A DNA stretch of 64,000 nucleotides from Candidatus Sericytochromatia bacterium (lineage in GTDB: Bacteria > Cyanobacteriota > Sericytochromatia > S15B-MN24 > VGJW01). Location: contig JAYKHS010000016.1 in the NCBI GenBank assembly GCA_035285865.1, positions 1 through 64,000 on the forward strand, in the 5' to 3' direction. Both the position numbers and the translations under genes were made by a program. Shown piece after piece: positions 45,050-55,171 of the stretch. The notes under the pieces are model-generated. The model made no database searches and was not told the DNA's origin. It saw only the letters and a list, made by a program, of their open reading frames with translations. Positions within the stretch are counted from its first letter, which is position 1; every line of letters begins with the position of its first letter.

Positions 45050-48000
45050 GGCAAAGTACCTCCTCCGCCACCGAGGGCCGATCCGAGTGAACCGAGGCCG
45101 CCCCCGACCCCGAGGCCCTGGTTCGAGAAGCTGAAAATGTCCGTGTTGAAGGCGGTCATGCGCAAGCGCACCATGAACGACTCGAACTGCCGATCGTACT
45201 CGAACGACAGGATGAAATCGTGCAGGTCGCGCGAGATGCCGACCCGACGCAACCTGTAGGTCCTCGCATCCGGGTCCCCCGGTACGGGCACGGCCCCGGG
45301 AATCGAGGTGACGAGGTCGAAGGAACCACCGGCGAATACCTCCCAATGACTATCCCAGGACTGGCCGAACGACGCCACGAGATCGTTCGTCAGGCTGGCC
45401 AGCTTGCCTTTCTCGGGATCGAAGTTGAGCTGGGTGACGAGTTGCACGCCCTCGTTGAGCTTCTCGCGTCCCCAACCGCCCCCGAAGGCCTCGGGCGTCG
45501 AGCGCAGCGTCAGGCCGAGGGCCGTGTTGCCCCACTTGCCCCCGGTGGGCTCGAAGTACTCGGTTTCGCGGAATCGATAACTGCTGGTCAAGGTGCCCGT
45601 GACGCGCGGGTCGGGCGTCAGGTTGAGCGTGCTGACATAGTCGCCGTAACGCCTGCGCTGGTAGTCGTACGAGAGCCGGTGCGTCCAGTCCAGCTTGCCG
45701 GTGAGCGCGAGCCGCTCCTCGATGTCGAGTTGGCTGAGCTGCGTCAGGGCCAGGGCATCGAACTGGAAGGGCGTGGTCGACTTCCGGACGGGATCAGGGT
45801 CGTCTGCCCCGCCCGGGGCGATGCGCTTGTAGGTCAGCGTCTGCCTGAGCGCCTCGCCGACCTGCGAGACCATCGCGGCATTCACGTTCAGTACGAAGGC
45901 GGCGTCCCCGGTGCTGTAAAAGCGTTGGTTGAAACCCGTGCCGCCAAGGTCCACGGTCGTCCCGGGCCAGATGCCATGCGCCTTTGAGCCAAGGGACAAT
46001 GAAGGGTTGAATCGGGCGATGGCCCCGAGGTAGGGCCGGATCGCCGGGGAGTTCAGGGCGGTATCGCGCGAGAGCAGCGGATATTGGTTCCACTCGAAGT
46101 ATCGACCGGCATCCAGCCCCAGCGTGACAGGCTGGAAGTCCGTGAAGAGCGGCTTCAGGTTCAGGTCCAGCTCGGGCAGCTTGTCGACGTAGTTGCGGGA
46201 GCGGATGTTCTTCGCCTCGAGTCCATTGGGCTGGAAGAGCAGCAGCTTGCCCATGCTGACGCGACTGCTGGCCCAGCCAAGATCCTGGTTCAGGTCCAGC
46301 TTCTCTTCCAGTTCCTCGACCTCGGTCGGCAGGGTCGACCCGAAGGCCGCAGGCGCTCGCGTGCGTCGGTAGCGCTGGCTCCACGAGGCTCGGGCCCCGG
46401 TGCCGAACTGCTGATCAATCTGGAGGTTGCCGTCGAGGTTGGTGTTCTCGAGCTTGGCCGGGTCGGTCGTCGTCGGGGCAAAGATGCCCGTGGCACCGGG
46501 CCGAGGCCGAGGCAGGTTCGTCTGGGAGTTGGTCTGGAAACGCACCGAAGTGCCGTCACGGGACCAAGAGGCATTGGCCCCATAGGAAGTCGACAGCTGG
46601 AACAGCTGCCCGCGCGTGCCCCGCTCGTCCCGGAACTGGCGGGACAAGCCCCAGTTCACGCCGTTGCGCTGGTCCGTCAGCTGCAGCGTATGGGCCGCAT
46701 GATCCTGACGGTAGTCCTTGGTCGCAAGCGCTTCCTCGGTAAGCCCCGTCCGCTGGAGGTTATTGCCGACGACGGCCTGGGCGTTGGCCAACGTGTAGAG
46801 GTTCCAGTCCTCGAAGGACAGGTCGAGCGTCATCGTGTCCAGCAGGCGTTGCTGGTGCCGGACCTTCCACATGCGATCGTCGAAGGGACGGCGATTCTCG
46901 GGGTCCAGCCCGTGGACCGCCAGAGAGCCCGAGGGTGCCGCGTCGGGCAACAACAGCCCGAAGGCATCGAGCTGGGTCATCGACCGCGAGCCGTTGGCGA
47001 TCTGGTGGGAGACCCCGAAACCCGGTCCCTTCTTCTGCAGCATGTGCAGGAACAGCGTGCCGGAGTGATTGGGATCCAACTGATAGCCGAAGCCGGTCTT
47101 GGCGAAGAGTCCCTCGATCTCGTTCTGACCGAACTCGGCCCGACTCTCGCGCTTCTTCAGGGGCAACCAGAACGAGGGCAACCAGATGCTGCGCTTGTTA
47201 TTGACGTTGACCCAGGCATTCCAGCCGAGTACGTAATCATCCGGCACCAGTTCGATGCGCTCTGCCTGAATGTGGTAATGCGGCGTGATCTCCTGCTGGA
47301 CCTCCTCGCACGTGCTGACCACGCCGCGCTTCAGGAAGAAGCGGGTGCGACCGGTGGTCGAGAGCTCGTCTGCCGTGACATAGAGAATCTGGCCCGACTG
47401 CGGTGCCGGCACCGTGAGGTAGGCGTTGCGGACCGTGGCATCCCGACTGTCCAGATGGAAGGTCAGGCCCTTGCCGGTGATGCGCTGGGTCCCGCCCGAG
47501 GCAGCCTGCAGCAGGGTGAAGGGCCGGTCGGTCCGGACTACCTTCCTGTCCTGGTCATACTCGAGCCAGTCCGTCTCGAGGCTCATGTCCTGATACTGAA
47601 GGGACACGTGGCCCTCGGCCCGGCCGACCCGGGCGGCACGGTCCTGCCGCAGGACATCGGCCTTCAAGCGGACGGTGGACGACCCCGTCGCCGGTGCCGG
47701 CAGAGGCTTCGCCTCGAGCGGAATGTCACCCGTGGCCTCCGCCTGGTCCGGATCGGGCAGGGCGGATCGGGATGCGGTCGCCCCGGGGATGTAGGGAGGA
47801 GGCGTCGGCTCGGGCCGGGGCGTGCCCGCGCCCTGGAGCGAACCGGGCCGAGCTGACGCGGCGCCGCGCGGATCCGGCACAACTGGCCGAGCAGGTGCCG
47901 GCAGCACGGGTCCTGCGGGCCGCGCTGCCGGGGCAGGGAGAGCGCCGGCAGTGGGCATGGGCGCCACGGGAGCCGACTGAGCCAAGGCCGGCGCGGGCAC

Positions 48001-48054
48001 TCCGGCCAGCATGGCCAGCGACAAGAGCAGCGTCCACGCCCGGGTGCAGGCCAT
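45046..48054 (-). CDS. lptD: LptD-like LPS-assembly outer-membrane protein
   Basis: Signal peptide, OstA-like jellyroll (LKADVLRQD...AEGHVSL), STCEE...PHYHIQA, long beta-strand region; operon with lptF/G. Confidence 0.78.
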   Translation of the reverse strand: MACTRAWTLLLSLAMLAGVPAPALAQSAPVAPMPTAGALPAPAARPAGPVLPAPARPVVPDPRGAASARPGSLQGAGTPRPEPTPPPYIPGATASRSALPDPDQAEATGDIPLEAKPLPAPATGSSTVRLKADVLRQDRAARVGRAEGHVSLQYQDMSLETDWLEYDQDRKVVRTDRPFTLLQAASGGTQRITGKGLTFHLDSRDATVRNAYLTVPAPQSGQILYVTADELSTTGRTRFFLKRGVVSTCEEVQQEITPHYHIQAERIELVPDDYVLGWNAWVNVNNKRSIWLPSFWLPLKKRESRAEFGQNEIEGLFAKTGFGYQLDPNHSGTLFLHMLQKKGPGFGVSHQIANGSRSMTQLDAFGLLLPDAAPSGSLAVHGLDPENRRPFDDRMWKVRHQQRLLDTMTLDLSFEDWNLYTLANAQAVVGNNLQRTGLTEEALATKDYRQDHAAHTLQLTDQRNGVNWGLSRQFRDERGTRGQLFQLSTSYGANASWSRDGTSVRFQTNSQTNLPRPRPGATGIFAPTTTDPAKLENTNLDGNLQIDQQFGTGARASWSQRYRRTRAPAAFGSTLPTEVEELEEKLDLNQDLGWASSRVSMGKLLLFQPNGLEAKNIRSRNYVDKLPELDLNLKPLFTDFQPVTLGLDAGRYFEWNQYPLLSRDTALNSPAIRPYLGAIARFNPSLSLGSKAHGIWPGTTVDLGGTGFNQRFYSTGDAAFVLNVNAAMVSQVGEALRQTLTYKRIAPGGADDPDPVRKSTTPFQFDALALTQLSQLDIEERLALTGKLDWTHRLSYDYQRRRYGDYVSTLNLTPDPRVTGTLTSSYRFRETEYFEPTGGKWGNTALGLTLRSTPEAFGGGWGREKLNEGVQLVTQLNFDPEKGKLASLTNDLVASFGQSWDSHWEVFAGGSFDLVTSIPGAVPVPGDPDARTYRLRRVGISRDLHDFILSFEYDRQFESFMVRLRMTAFNTDIFSFSNQGLGVGGGLGSLGSALGGGGGTLP

Positions 48055-49136
48055 CACCGGCGGTCCACCCGCCAGAGCAGGCCCACGCCAACGACCGCAT
48101 AGAGGACATTCTGGCTCCACGCGGCCCACTGGGGCGGCAGCATGCCGGCATTGCCCATCGAACGCGAGATGGACATGACCACGTAGTACACGGCCACGAG
48201 GGCGATGGTCAGCGACACGCCGATGAAGATGCCCAGACGCCCGAAACGGAAGCCCAGCGGGGCCGCCAGCAGGGCAACCACGACCGCTGCGAGCGGCAGG
48301 CTGAACTTCAGGTGGTAATCGACCTCGGCTGACTTCGTGTCGACGCCGGCCGCCTTGAGCGTGCGAATCTGCTGGCCGAGTTCGGCCGAGGTCTGCTCCT
48401 GCGGCGAAAGCTCTCCGTTGCGGTAATAGGCCTGAGGATCCTGGCCGACCTCGACGGTCCGGACCGAGAAGGGCGTTTCCTCGACCACGAAGACCCCGTC
48501 CGGTCCGTAGCGATGCTCGACGCCGTCCTGCAGATCCCAGCGCGTGCCGTTCCAGGTGCCGTTGCGTGCCGTCAGCACCACGCCGTAAGGCCCCTTTCTG
48601 TCGATGACGATGGCGTCATAGAGCATGTTGGTGCGCTCGTCGACTTGCCGGACATAGAAGGTGCGGTCGCCATCCCCGCGGAAGAAAACATTGTCCTTGA
48701 AGACAGCCTTGGTCTGCTTGAGCATCAGGGTCCGCACGAGGTCAACCACCTGGCGGTTCGACCACGGCACCAGCTGGTCGTTGCAGAGATAGCCCGCACC
48801 CGCCACGAGGACGGCACCGGCGAGCACGGGGGCGCACAGGCGCCGGAAGCTGACCCCGCACGCACGCAGGGCCACGATCTCGAAGTCGCGGCTCATGCGG
48901 CCCACGGCGATCAGGGTCGCGAAGAGGTAGGCGACAGGAAAGGTGATGACGAGGATCGCCGGCAGGTTATAGAGCAGCAGCCGCGCGACCACGTCCACGG
49001 GGACGCCGCTCTGCACGATCAGCGACGCGTAGATGTAGAGCAGGTTGATGAGGTTCATCACCAGAAACCCGCCCACGCCCGCCAGGAAGGGTCGGACCAG
49101 CTCACGCAGGATGTAGCGATCGGCGATGGCAGCCAT
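48054..49136 (-). CDS. LptF/LptG-family permease
   Basis: ADRYILREL, EIVALRACGVS, YHLKFSLP, AAWSQN. Confidence 0.93.
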   Translation of the reverse strand: MAAIADRYILRELVRPFLAGVGGFLVMNLINLLYIYASLIVQSGVPVDVVARLLLYNLPAILVITFPVAYLFATLIAVGRMSRDFEIVALRACGVSFRRLCAPVLAGAVLVAGAGYLCNDQLVPWSNRQVVDLVRTLMLKQTKAVFKDNVFFRGDGDRTFYVRQVDERTNMLYDAIVIDRKGPYGVVLTARNGTWNGTRWDLQDGVEHRYGPDGVFVVEETPFSVRTVEVGQDPQAYYRNGELSPQEQTSAELGQQIRTLKAAGVDTKSAEVDYHLKFSLPLAAVVVALLAAPLGFRFGRLGIFIGVSLTIALVAVYYVVMSISRSMGNAGMLPPQWAAWSQNVLYAVVGVGLLWRVDRR

Positions 49137-50221
49137 CAGCGCCTGTCCACCCGGGACAAGAGGCCAAGCCCCACGATGCCGAAGACCAGATTCTGCATCC
49201 ACGCCGCCAGCACCGGATGAAGGTAGCCGGCCTGGCCCATCGCCTGGAAGGTCTGCATCGCAGTGTAGTAAAGGAATACGAGGATGACCGAAAGTGCCAC
49301 GCCGATGTAAGGACCGAGCCGCGAGAAGAGCATCCCGAGGGGAGCCGAGATGAGCGCGGCCGCGAAGGTCGCCAGCGGCACGCTGAACTTCATGTGATAG
49401 GCCACCTCGAGGGCGTGCGTGTCCCCGCCCTGCTTCTTGAGCTGGGAGATCTGCTTGTCGAGGTTGGATGCGTTGAGGCCGGCCGGGTCCAGCTCAGAGC
49501 CAAGCATGGGATTGTCCATCCGGAACTGGATGCGCAATTTCCGAAAGCGGATCTCGTGGTCCACGTGCCCGGTGTCGCCGAACTTGCGTACCTCGCCGTC
49601 CTCGAGCACCCATACGCCCGTATCCGCGGCCGACAGCCAGCGACCCTTGCGGGCGGTGATGAGCTGGGGCCAGCCGGGCCGCCCCTGGTCCAGGATCAGG
49701 ATGTCCTGCATCTCGCTGGTCCGCGGATCGATGGCCTTGACGTAGAAACTGCGGTTTTCCGTGCCCTTGAAGAACACATTGGGCCGGATGACCGGGCGCA
49801 AGGAGGCCTTCATCAGGGCCGCCTTGGTCTCCTTGATCCGCTGGTTGCTCCAGGGGACGACAACATCGTTGAAAAAGAAATTGGCCATCGAGACCAAGGC
49901 GGCACCGAGCAGGATGGGGGCGAGGATACGCTTGACCGAGATGCCCCCGCTGCGCAAGGCGATGATCTCGAAGTCGCGGGCCATCCGACCGATGCCCAGC
50001 AGGCTCGAGAACAGGTAGGCCACCGGAAAGGCCAGCACCATCACGCTGGGCAGCGTGTAGAGCAGCAGCATCAGCACGGGGCCGGGCGAGGCGCCCGCCG
50101 TGAAGATCAGGTCCGTGAAGCTCGAGAGCGTGAAGCTGAGCATCAGGACAATGAAGCCGAGCACTCCGACGAAGAACGGTCGGAAGAGCTCGGCCATGAC
50201 GTAGCGATCGAGCGTCCGCAT
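49136..50221 (-). CDS. LptF/LptG-family permease
   Basis: LDRYVMAEL, EIIALRSGGIS, YHMKFSVP, AAWMQN. Confidence 0.93.
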   Translation of the reverse strand: MRTLDRYVMAELFRPFFVGVLGFIVLMLSFTLSSFTDLIFTAGASPGPVLMLLLYTLPSVMVLAFPVAYLFSSLLGIGRMARDFEIIALRSGGISVKRILAPILLGAALVSMANFFFNDVVVPWSNQRIKETKAALMKASLRPVIRPNVFFKGTENRSFYVKAIDPRTSEMQDILILDQGRPGWPQLITARKGRWLSAADTGVWVLEDGEVRKFGDTGHVDHEIRFRKLRIQFRMDNPMLGSELDPAGLNASNLDKQISQLKKQGGDTHALEVAYHMKFSVPLATFAAALISAPLGMLFSRLGPYIGVALSVILVFLYYTAMQTFQAMGQAGYLHPVLAAWMQNLVFGIVGLGLLSRVDRR

Positions 50222-50322
50222 GCTGGGGTCGGACCCGGCCGGGGGGTCTGGCCCCCATCATATACCGTGGTCCCCTCCTGCCCGCGCCCGGACAGGGAAG
50301 GCCACGTGTCGCCCGTGCTACC

Positions 50323-51996
50323 ATGACCCTCCCCATGGAGACCGTTCCCCCGACATCCGAGCTGACGTCCACCGTCCCGGCAGCACCGGTCCCCCGGGGC
50401 CGTCACGCTTGGCTGGCAGCCGCCGTCGGAGGTCTGCTGCTTGGCCTTTCTTTTCCGGGTCTCGTCGCGCCAGGAACAGGGCCTGCCATGGTCCCCGGCT
50501 TGCTCGCCTGGGTCGCGTTGGTACCCCTGCTCGCCGTTCTCGGGACGGGCCGAGATTGGCGCGATGACTTCAAGGCGGGCATGGCCTTCGGGGTCGCCTT
50601 CCAGGCCGTTCTCAACCACTGGCTGCTGGCCATGCACCCCCTGACGTGGCTGGGCATTCCTTATGACCTGTCCCTGATCGTCGTCGCGGTCAGCCTTGTT
50701 GGCGTGGCCGTCATCATCGGCCTGGGCTCGGGGTTCTTCGGCGTGCTGTACGGCGACCTCGTCCGCCGCTGGCGTTCCGGGGGCCTGCCGACAGGAGGCA
50801 TCCCGTTGCTGGCCGGTTGTGCCTGGATGGTCTTCGAATGGCTCCAGGCCCAAGGTGATCTGGCCTACCCGTGGGGCCCGCTGGCCCTGACCCAGGTGGA
50901 GACACCCCAGGTCCTGCAGGCCCTCTCGCTGGTGGGTCCTTATCCGCTGGGCGGCCTGATGGCCTTCACGGCAGCCGCCATCGTCGAACGCTGGCGCAAC
51001 AACCATCCCGTGGTCAAGGTCGTGCCCTGGTTGTTCCTCGGCTGGCTGGGCCTCGGCTATGCCAGCCTGCCCGCGCCAGTCAACGAAGGCGCCGTCACGG
51101 CCGCCGTGGTCCAGGGCAACTTCCCTTCGGATCAGAAGTGGAATCCGGCCCGCCTCGCCACGATGGTCGACCGTTATCTGGACCTGTCCCTCAAGTCGGG
51201 CGCCCGCGTGGTGGTTTGGCCCGAGTCGGCCCTGCCCATCCTCTGGAACGCCCCGGACCGCCCGGACACCCGGGCTGCCCTTGCCCGCATCCGCGCCCAG
51301 TTCCCCGAAGGCGGCGACAGGCGCCTGGTCACCGGGGCTTTCTTCGCCAGTGCCTCGGCCACGGGTGAACCGCCCGACATGATGAACGCCGCCACGGTCA
51401 TCGGTGGGGCAGCAGGCCCGTGGGTGTGGGAGGCCAAGCGTCACCTGGTGCCTTTCGGCGAGTTCCTGCCGTTCCGCGGCATCCTGCCCGACGTGCTGTC
51501 GCGCCTGAACATCCTGTCCCGCGACCTTGCGCGTGGCCAGGGTCCCGTGCCCCTGGACCTCGGGGATGCCGGGGGCAAGGTCGGCACCGGGATCTGCTTC
51601 GACTCGATCTTCCCGTCCGCCTTGTCCGCCGATGCCGCAGCTGGCGCCAACGTGCTGGCCATCGTCACCAATGACGCCTGGTACAAGGACACCAGCGCCC
51701 CCCACCAACATTTCGCGCACGCCATCCTGCGCGCCGTGGAAACCCGCCGCTGGGTGCTCCGGGCCGCCAACACCGGCGTGTCGGGCATCATCGGTCCCGA
51801 CGGCAAGGTCCACGTACGGACGGCTACCTTCAGGGAAGCGGTAGCGACGGCCTCATTCGTCCCGGCAACGGACGTCTCGCCCTACAGCTCCTACGGGGAC
51901 TGGCCCATCGGCCTCGCGGGCGTGTTCCTCGTGCTCTCGTGGTTCTCCGCATATGGGCGTACACCCGCCGCGCCGTCGCCGGAGCCCGTTGGGTGA
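50323..51996 (+). CDS. lnt: Apolipoprotein N-acyltransferase
   Basis: VQGN, VWPESA, KRHLVPFGE, ICFDSIF, TNDAW, RAANTGVS. Confidence 0.96.
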   Translation: MTLPMETVPPTSELTSTVPAAPVPRGRHAWLAAAVGGLLLGLSFPGLVAPGTGPAMVPGLLAWVALVPLLAVLGTGRDWRDDFKAGMAFGVAFQAVLNHWLLAMHPLTWLGIPYDLSLIVVAVSLVGVAVIIGLGSGFFGVLYGDLVRRWRSGGLPTGGIPLLAGCAWMVFEWLQAQGDLAYPWGPLALTQVETPQVLQALSLVGPYPLGGLMAFTAAAIVERWRNNHPVVKVVPWLFLGWLGLGYASLPAPVNEGAVTAAVVQGNFPSDQKWNPARLATMVDRYLDLSLKSGARVVVWPESALPILWNAPDRPDTRAALARIRAQFPEGGDRRLVTGAFFASASATGEPPDMMNAATVIGGAAGPWVWEAKRHLVPFGEFLPFRGILPDVLSRLNILSRDLARGQGPVPLDLGDAGGKVGTGICFDSIFPSALSADAAAGANVLAIVTNDAWYKDTSAPHQHFAHAILRAVETRRWVLRAANTGVSGIIGPDGKVHVRTATFREAVATASFVPATDVSPYSSYGDWPIGLAGVFLVLSWFSAYGRTPAAPSPEPVG

Positions 51997-52688
51997 ATCG
52001 CCTTGGGGCGCTGGTCCACCTGCTCGGGCGTTGGCGGCAAGGCGTGATTGCCCTCGTTGCCGTCGCGCTCATCGTGGTGCCGTGCATCTGGTGGTTGCGA
52101 CGACCGGAGATTCCCCGCAACGCCCTGCTCAAGCCCGTCGAAGCACAGATGCGTCCGGAACTCGAGCTCCAGTTCGAGGGCGTCGAGTTACGCGGTCGTG
52201 ACAAGGGCATCGCGCGGTGGGAAATCCAGGTGCCCGAAATGACGGCCGGCCAGAACCAGAGGGTCATCGAGTTCGTCGGCAAGCCCCGGGGGCGTTTCGT
52301 CAACCTGAAGGACTGGAAGGCCAATCCCGAGGCCACGTTGCCTCCGGCCACCGTTCCCATCGGTCCGACGCCAAGGCCCGCGGAGACCCCGACGGTCCGC
52401 AGCGTCCGCTGGACCGCACGATCGGCCGAATACGACAACGACTACGAAGAGTTGACCATCCGCGGCGGAGCCACCTTCACGACGGATGACAAGGACGTGC
52501 TGACCACGGAAGAAGCCCGCTACAAGGTTCGCGAGCACCGGATGAACCTGCCGCGCCGACTCCTCCTGAAGACCCGGGACGGCAAGATGAAGGTGCAGGC
52601 CGACAAGGCCTCGGCCGACACCCAGCTCGAAGTACTGGAGCTGGCCGGCCGGGTGCGCATCGACTCGGCAGGCGAGGGCACTCGCTGA
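51993..52688 (+). CDS. lptC: LptC-like protein
   Basis: Single N-terminal TM helix plus beta-jellyroll-like strands; upstream of an OstA-family gene. Confidence 0.65.
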   Translation: MNRLGALVHLLGRWRQGVIALVAVALIVVPCIWWLRRPEIPRNALLKPVEAQMRPELELQFEGVELRGRDKGIARWEIQVPEMTAGQNQRVIEFVGKPRGRFVNLKDWKANPEATLPPATVPIGPTPRPAETPTVRSVRWTARSAEYDNDYEELTIRGGATFTTDDKDVLTTEEARYKVREHRMNLPRRLLLKTRDGKMKVQADKASADTQLEVLELAGRVRIDSAGEGTR

Positions 52689-54091
52689 TGCCGCACTCCA
52701 TTACCAACCGCCTCCTGCGCCATGGCCTCATCGCGCTGCTGGCCGGCGTCGTGGGCATGCCGGGCTGGTTCGTCGACGCCCGGGCCGTGGCCCACGATCT
52801 GCCGGATGCCCCCGAGGCCCCGCGGCGACCGGCGCCGCTCCCCGAAGTCCAGTCGCCGACACGGCCCGGTTCCGCGGCTCAAGCCAGCGCGTCCCGCCCC
52901 GCCGCCCCATTGCCCGCACCCGAATCGCCAGCGACGCCCTCCCGCTCCCCGGCACCGGCCAGCCCGCCGCCGCGCAAACCGAGCCCGGAACCGACGCTGC
53001 GCCCGCGCGTCCTGCCTCCGGCCGTGCCGGCCCCGCGCAGTCTGCCGCCTGCCTTGGCAGCCTCGCCCCTGCCCCTTCCGCCAGTGCTTCCGAGTGGCAC
53101 CGTGCCGCTGCCCCCGCCGATGCCGCTCGCCTCCTACCCCCCGTTGCCACCGATTCGGACGCTCAAGGTCCGACCGCCCGGAGACCCGCTGCCCGAGGGC
53201 ACCGTGCGCATCCTTTCGGATCAGGTCCGGTACGACCGCGCCACGCGCCTTGCGCTGGTGAAAGGCAACGTGCGCATCCACCAGTCGGACAGCGTCATCG
53301 CGACCAGCGAAGCCCGCTATGACCAGAAAGGCCGCGTCACGACCATCGACGTGCCCTTCGAGCTGGTCCAGGACCAGAAAGGCGAACCGCGCACGACGGT
53401 GCAGGGCCTGCGCATGCGCAACGAGCATGACCGCCGGCTCATCACCGTGGACGGAGACGTCGAACTGGTCCGGGTCGGCAATCCGACCTCACGGCCCGAC
53501 GATGCAAGCCGCAAGGCCAAGCTGCGCAATGCCTTCCGCAAGGAGGACATGGTCATCCGGGCCGATCACATGGACTATCAGGCCCGCACGAAGGATGCGG
53601 CATTCACGGGCAAGGTCCGGTTCATCCAGCGCGAGAAGAATGCCACGGGCGACCGGGCGCGCGTCGACCATGCCAAACAGACCGTCACGCTCGACGACCA
53701 TGTGGTGCTGACGCAGCTCAAGGGCGACTGGTTGGCCCGCGAGGGCCTCGTCGACACCAGCCAACCGGATGCCGACCGCGACAAGGCTCTTGCCGAGCGC
53801 ACGGTCATCATCGGGGATCACCTCGTCGTGGACCAGCGCACGAGTGACGCCACCATGACCGGGAGCGTCGTGACCGTGGCGCAGAAAGGTCGCCGGGTCA
53901 CGGGCCGCCGCGCCGACTACAAGGACAGCGACCAGACCATCACGATCACGCAGGACGTGCTCGTGCAGCGGGACGACGGCAGCTTCATGAAGGCCCAGAA
54001 GGCCGTCTTCCACACGGAGCAGGACCGCTTCGAGGCGTTCGGCGCAGCCGGCACTCAGGTCGAGACCGAGTTCGACCTCGACAGCAACTGA
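52688..54091 (+). CDS. lptA: LptA/OstA-family periplasmic protein with a Pro-rich linker
   Basis: Repeated OstA-like strands (ILSDQVRYD, KGNVRI, IRADHMDY, FTGKVRF). Confidence 0.7.
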   Translation: MPHSITNRLLRHGLIALLAGVVGMPGWFVDARAVAHDLPDAPEAPRRPAPLPEVQSPTRPGSAAQASASRPAAPLPAPESPATPSRSPAPASPPPRKPSPEPTLRPRVLPPAVPAPRSLPPALAASPLPLPPVLPSGTVPLPPPMPLASYPPLPPIRTLKVRPPGDPLPEGTVRILSDQVRYDRATRLALVKGNVRIHQSDSVIATSEARYDQKGRVTTIDVPFELVQDQKGEPRTTVQGLRMRNEHDRRLITVDGDVELVRVGNPTSRPDDASRKAKLRNAFRKEDMVIRADHMDYQARTKDAAFTGKVRFIQREKNATGDRARVDHAKQTVTLDDHVVLTQLKGDWLAREGLVDTSQPDADRDKALAERTVIIGDHLVVDQRTSDATMTGSVVTVAQKGRRVTGRRADYKDSDQTITITQDVLVQRDDGSFMKAQKAVFHTEQDRFEAFGAAGTQVETEFDLDSN

Positions 54092-54115
54092 ACCAGCCCA
54101 GGGCGCAGCCCGCGA

Positions 54116-55171
54116 TCAGTTGGTGGCGGCGGGTGTCGTCGCAGCGACCTGCACGATGCGGATAGGGATGTTGCGGACGAGCGACTGGCCGTCGGCGCCG
54201 CGCAATTCCGAGGTATCGGACTTGATGAAGAAGATCTTGGCGATGACCAGCGCGGGGTTGGTCACCCGTGCCAACTCCTTGATGGCCAGGTCGACCGTGA
54301 CCTGAGCCAGCGCACTGCTGCGGCTGACCTCAGCGTTGTCGAGCAACACGGAATCGACGGGTTGCGTGGCTTGGGCCACCAACTCTCCTCCCAGCGTCCG
54401 TATTTCGACACGGACCCCATTGATGATGGCCGACTTTCCACCGGGAAGATTACGAATCCCGAAGGCAACGCGAGACCCGGTCACGGGGAACGTGGGCTGT
54501 CCGGACTCCACCTGACACTCGAGCGACTCGGGCGCGAAAAGCGAGACGCGCGCCGCCTCGGTACTGCCCGCTTGTACCGGCAAGGCCAGGGGCAGCGTGA
54601 TATCACCCGGCAGGACCGGAATGCCGAAGGGCAGCAGGATGGGTTGGCCGGCGCCTTCGACCGTGACCGTGGCGTTGGCCGCGATGTCGGCCGAGAACGT
54701 TGCCGTGCGTACCTCGGCCTGACGCGTCACCAACACCTCGTCGAAGGCAAAGGACAGCGAGACGTTGCCCAGTCCGGACTCCGGCAGGGGCAGGCCGGCC
54801 AGGACGAACTGCCCCTTGGCCGGGACCACCTTGTTGCGGACGATCGGATCCGATGCGGAGTTCTGGCGAGCCTTGCCGTCGGCCTTGAGGCCCATGTCGA
54901 AGGTCGTCGGATCGACGCCATTTCCCGTGTAGGTGAACACGGACCCGTTCGAGACCTTGACCCCGGCGATGGGATTGCCGTTCGCGTCCTTGACGAAGCC
55001 GGTGATCACGCCCGTCCGGCCCGACGGCGCCGGGAAAGGCACGGCCTCGGGAAGCCGCTCGGGGAAGAGAAAGGGGTCCAGAACCGCTGTCTGAGTAGCC
55101 AGCTGGTCGCAGCCCACGATTGCAGCCAAGGTCGCCAACCCAAGGGCGAGGCGCAAGCGAAGCGCGCGCAT
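54116..55171 (-). CDS. Lipoprotein with a carboxypeptidase-regulatory-like beta domain
   Basis: Lipobox IVGC; ITGFVKDANGNPIAGVKV. Confidence 0.7.
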   Translation of the reverse strand: MRALRLRLALGLATLAAIVGCDQLATQTAVLDPFLFPERLPEAVPFPAPSGRTGVITGFVKDANGNPIAGVKVSNGSVFTYTGNGVDPTTFDMGLKADGKARQNSASDPIVRNKVVPAKGQFVLAGLPLPESGLGNVSLSFAFDEVLVTRQAEVRTATFSADIAANATVTVEGAGQPILLPFGIPVLPGDITLPLALPVQAGSTEAARVSLFAPESLECQVESGQPTFPVTGSRVAFGIRNLPGGKSAIINGVRVEIRTLGGELVAQATQPVDSVLLDNAEVSRSSALAQVTVDLAIKELARVTNPALVIAKIFFIKSDTSELRGADGQSLVRNIPIRIVQVAATTPAATN

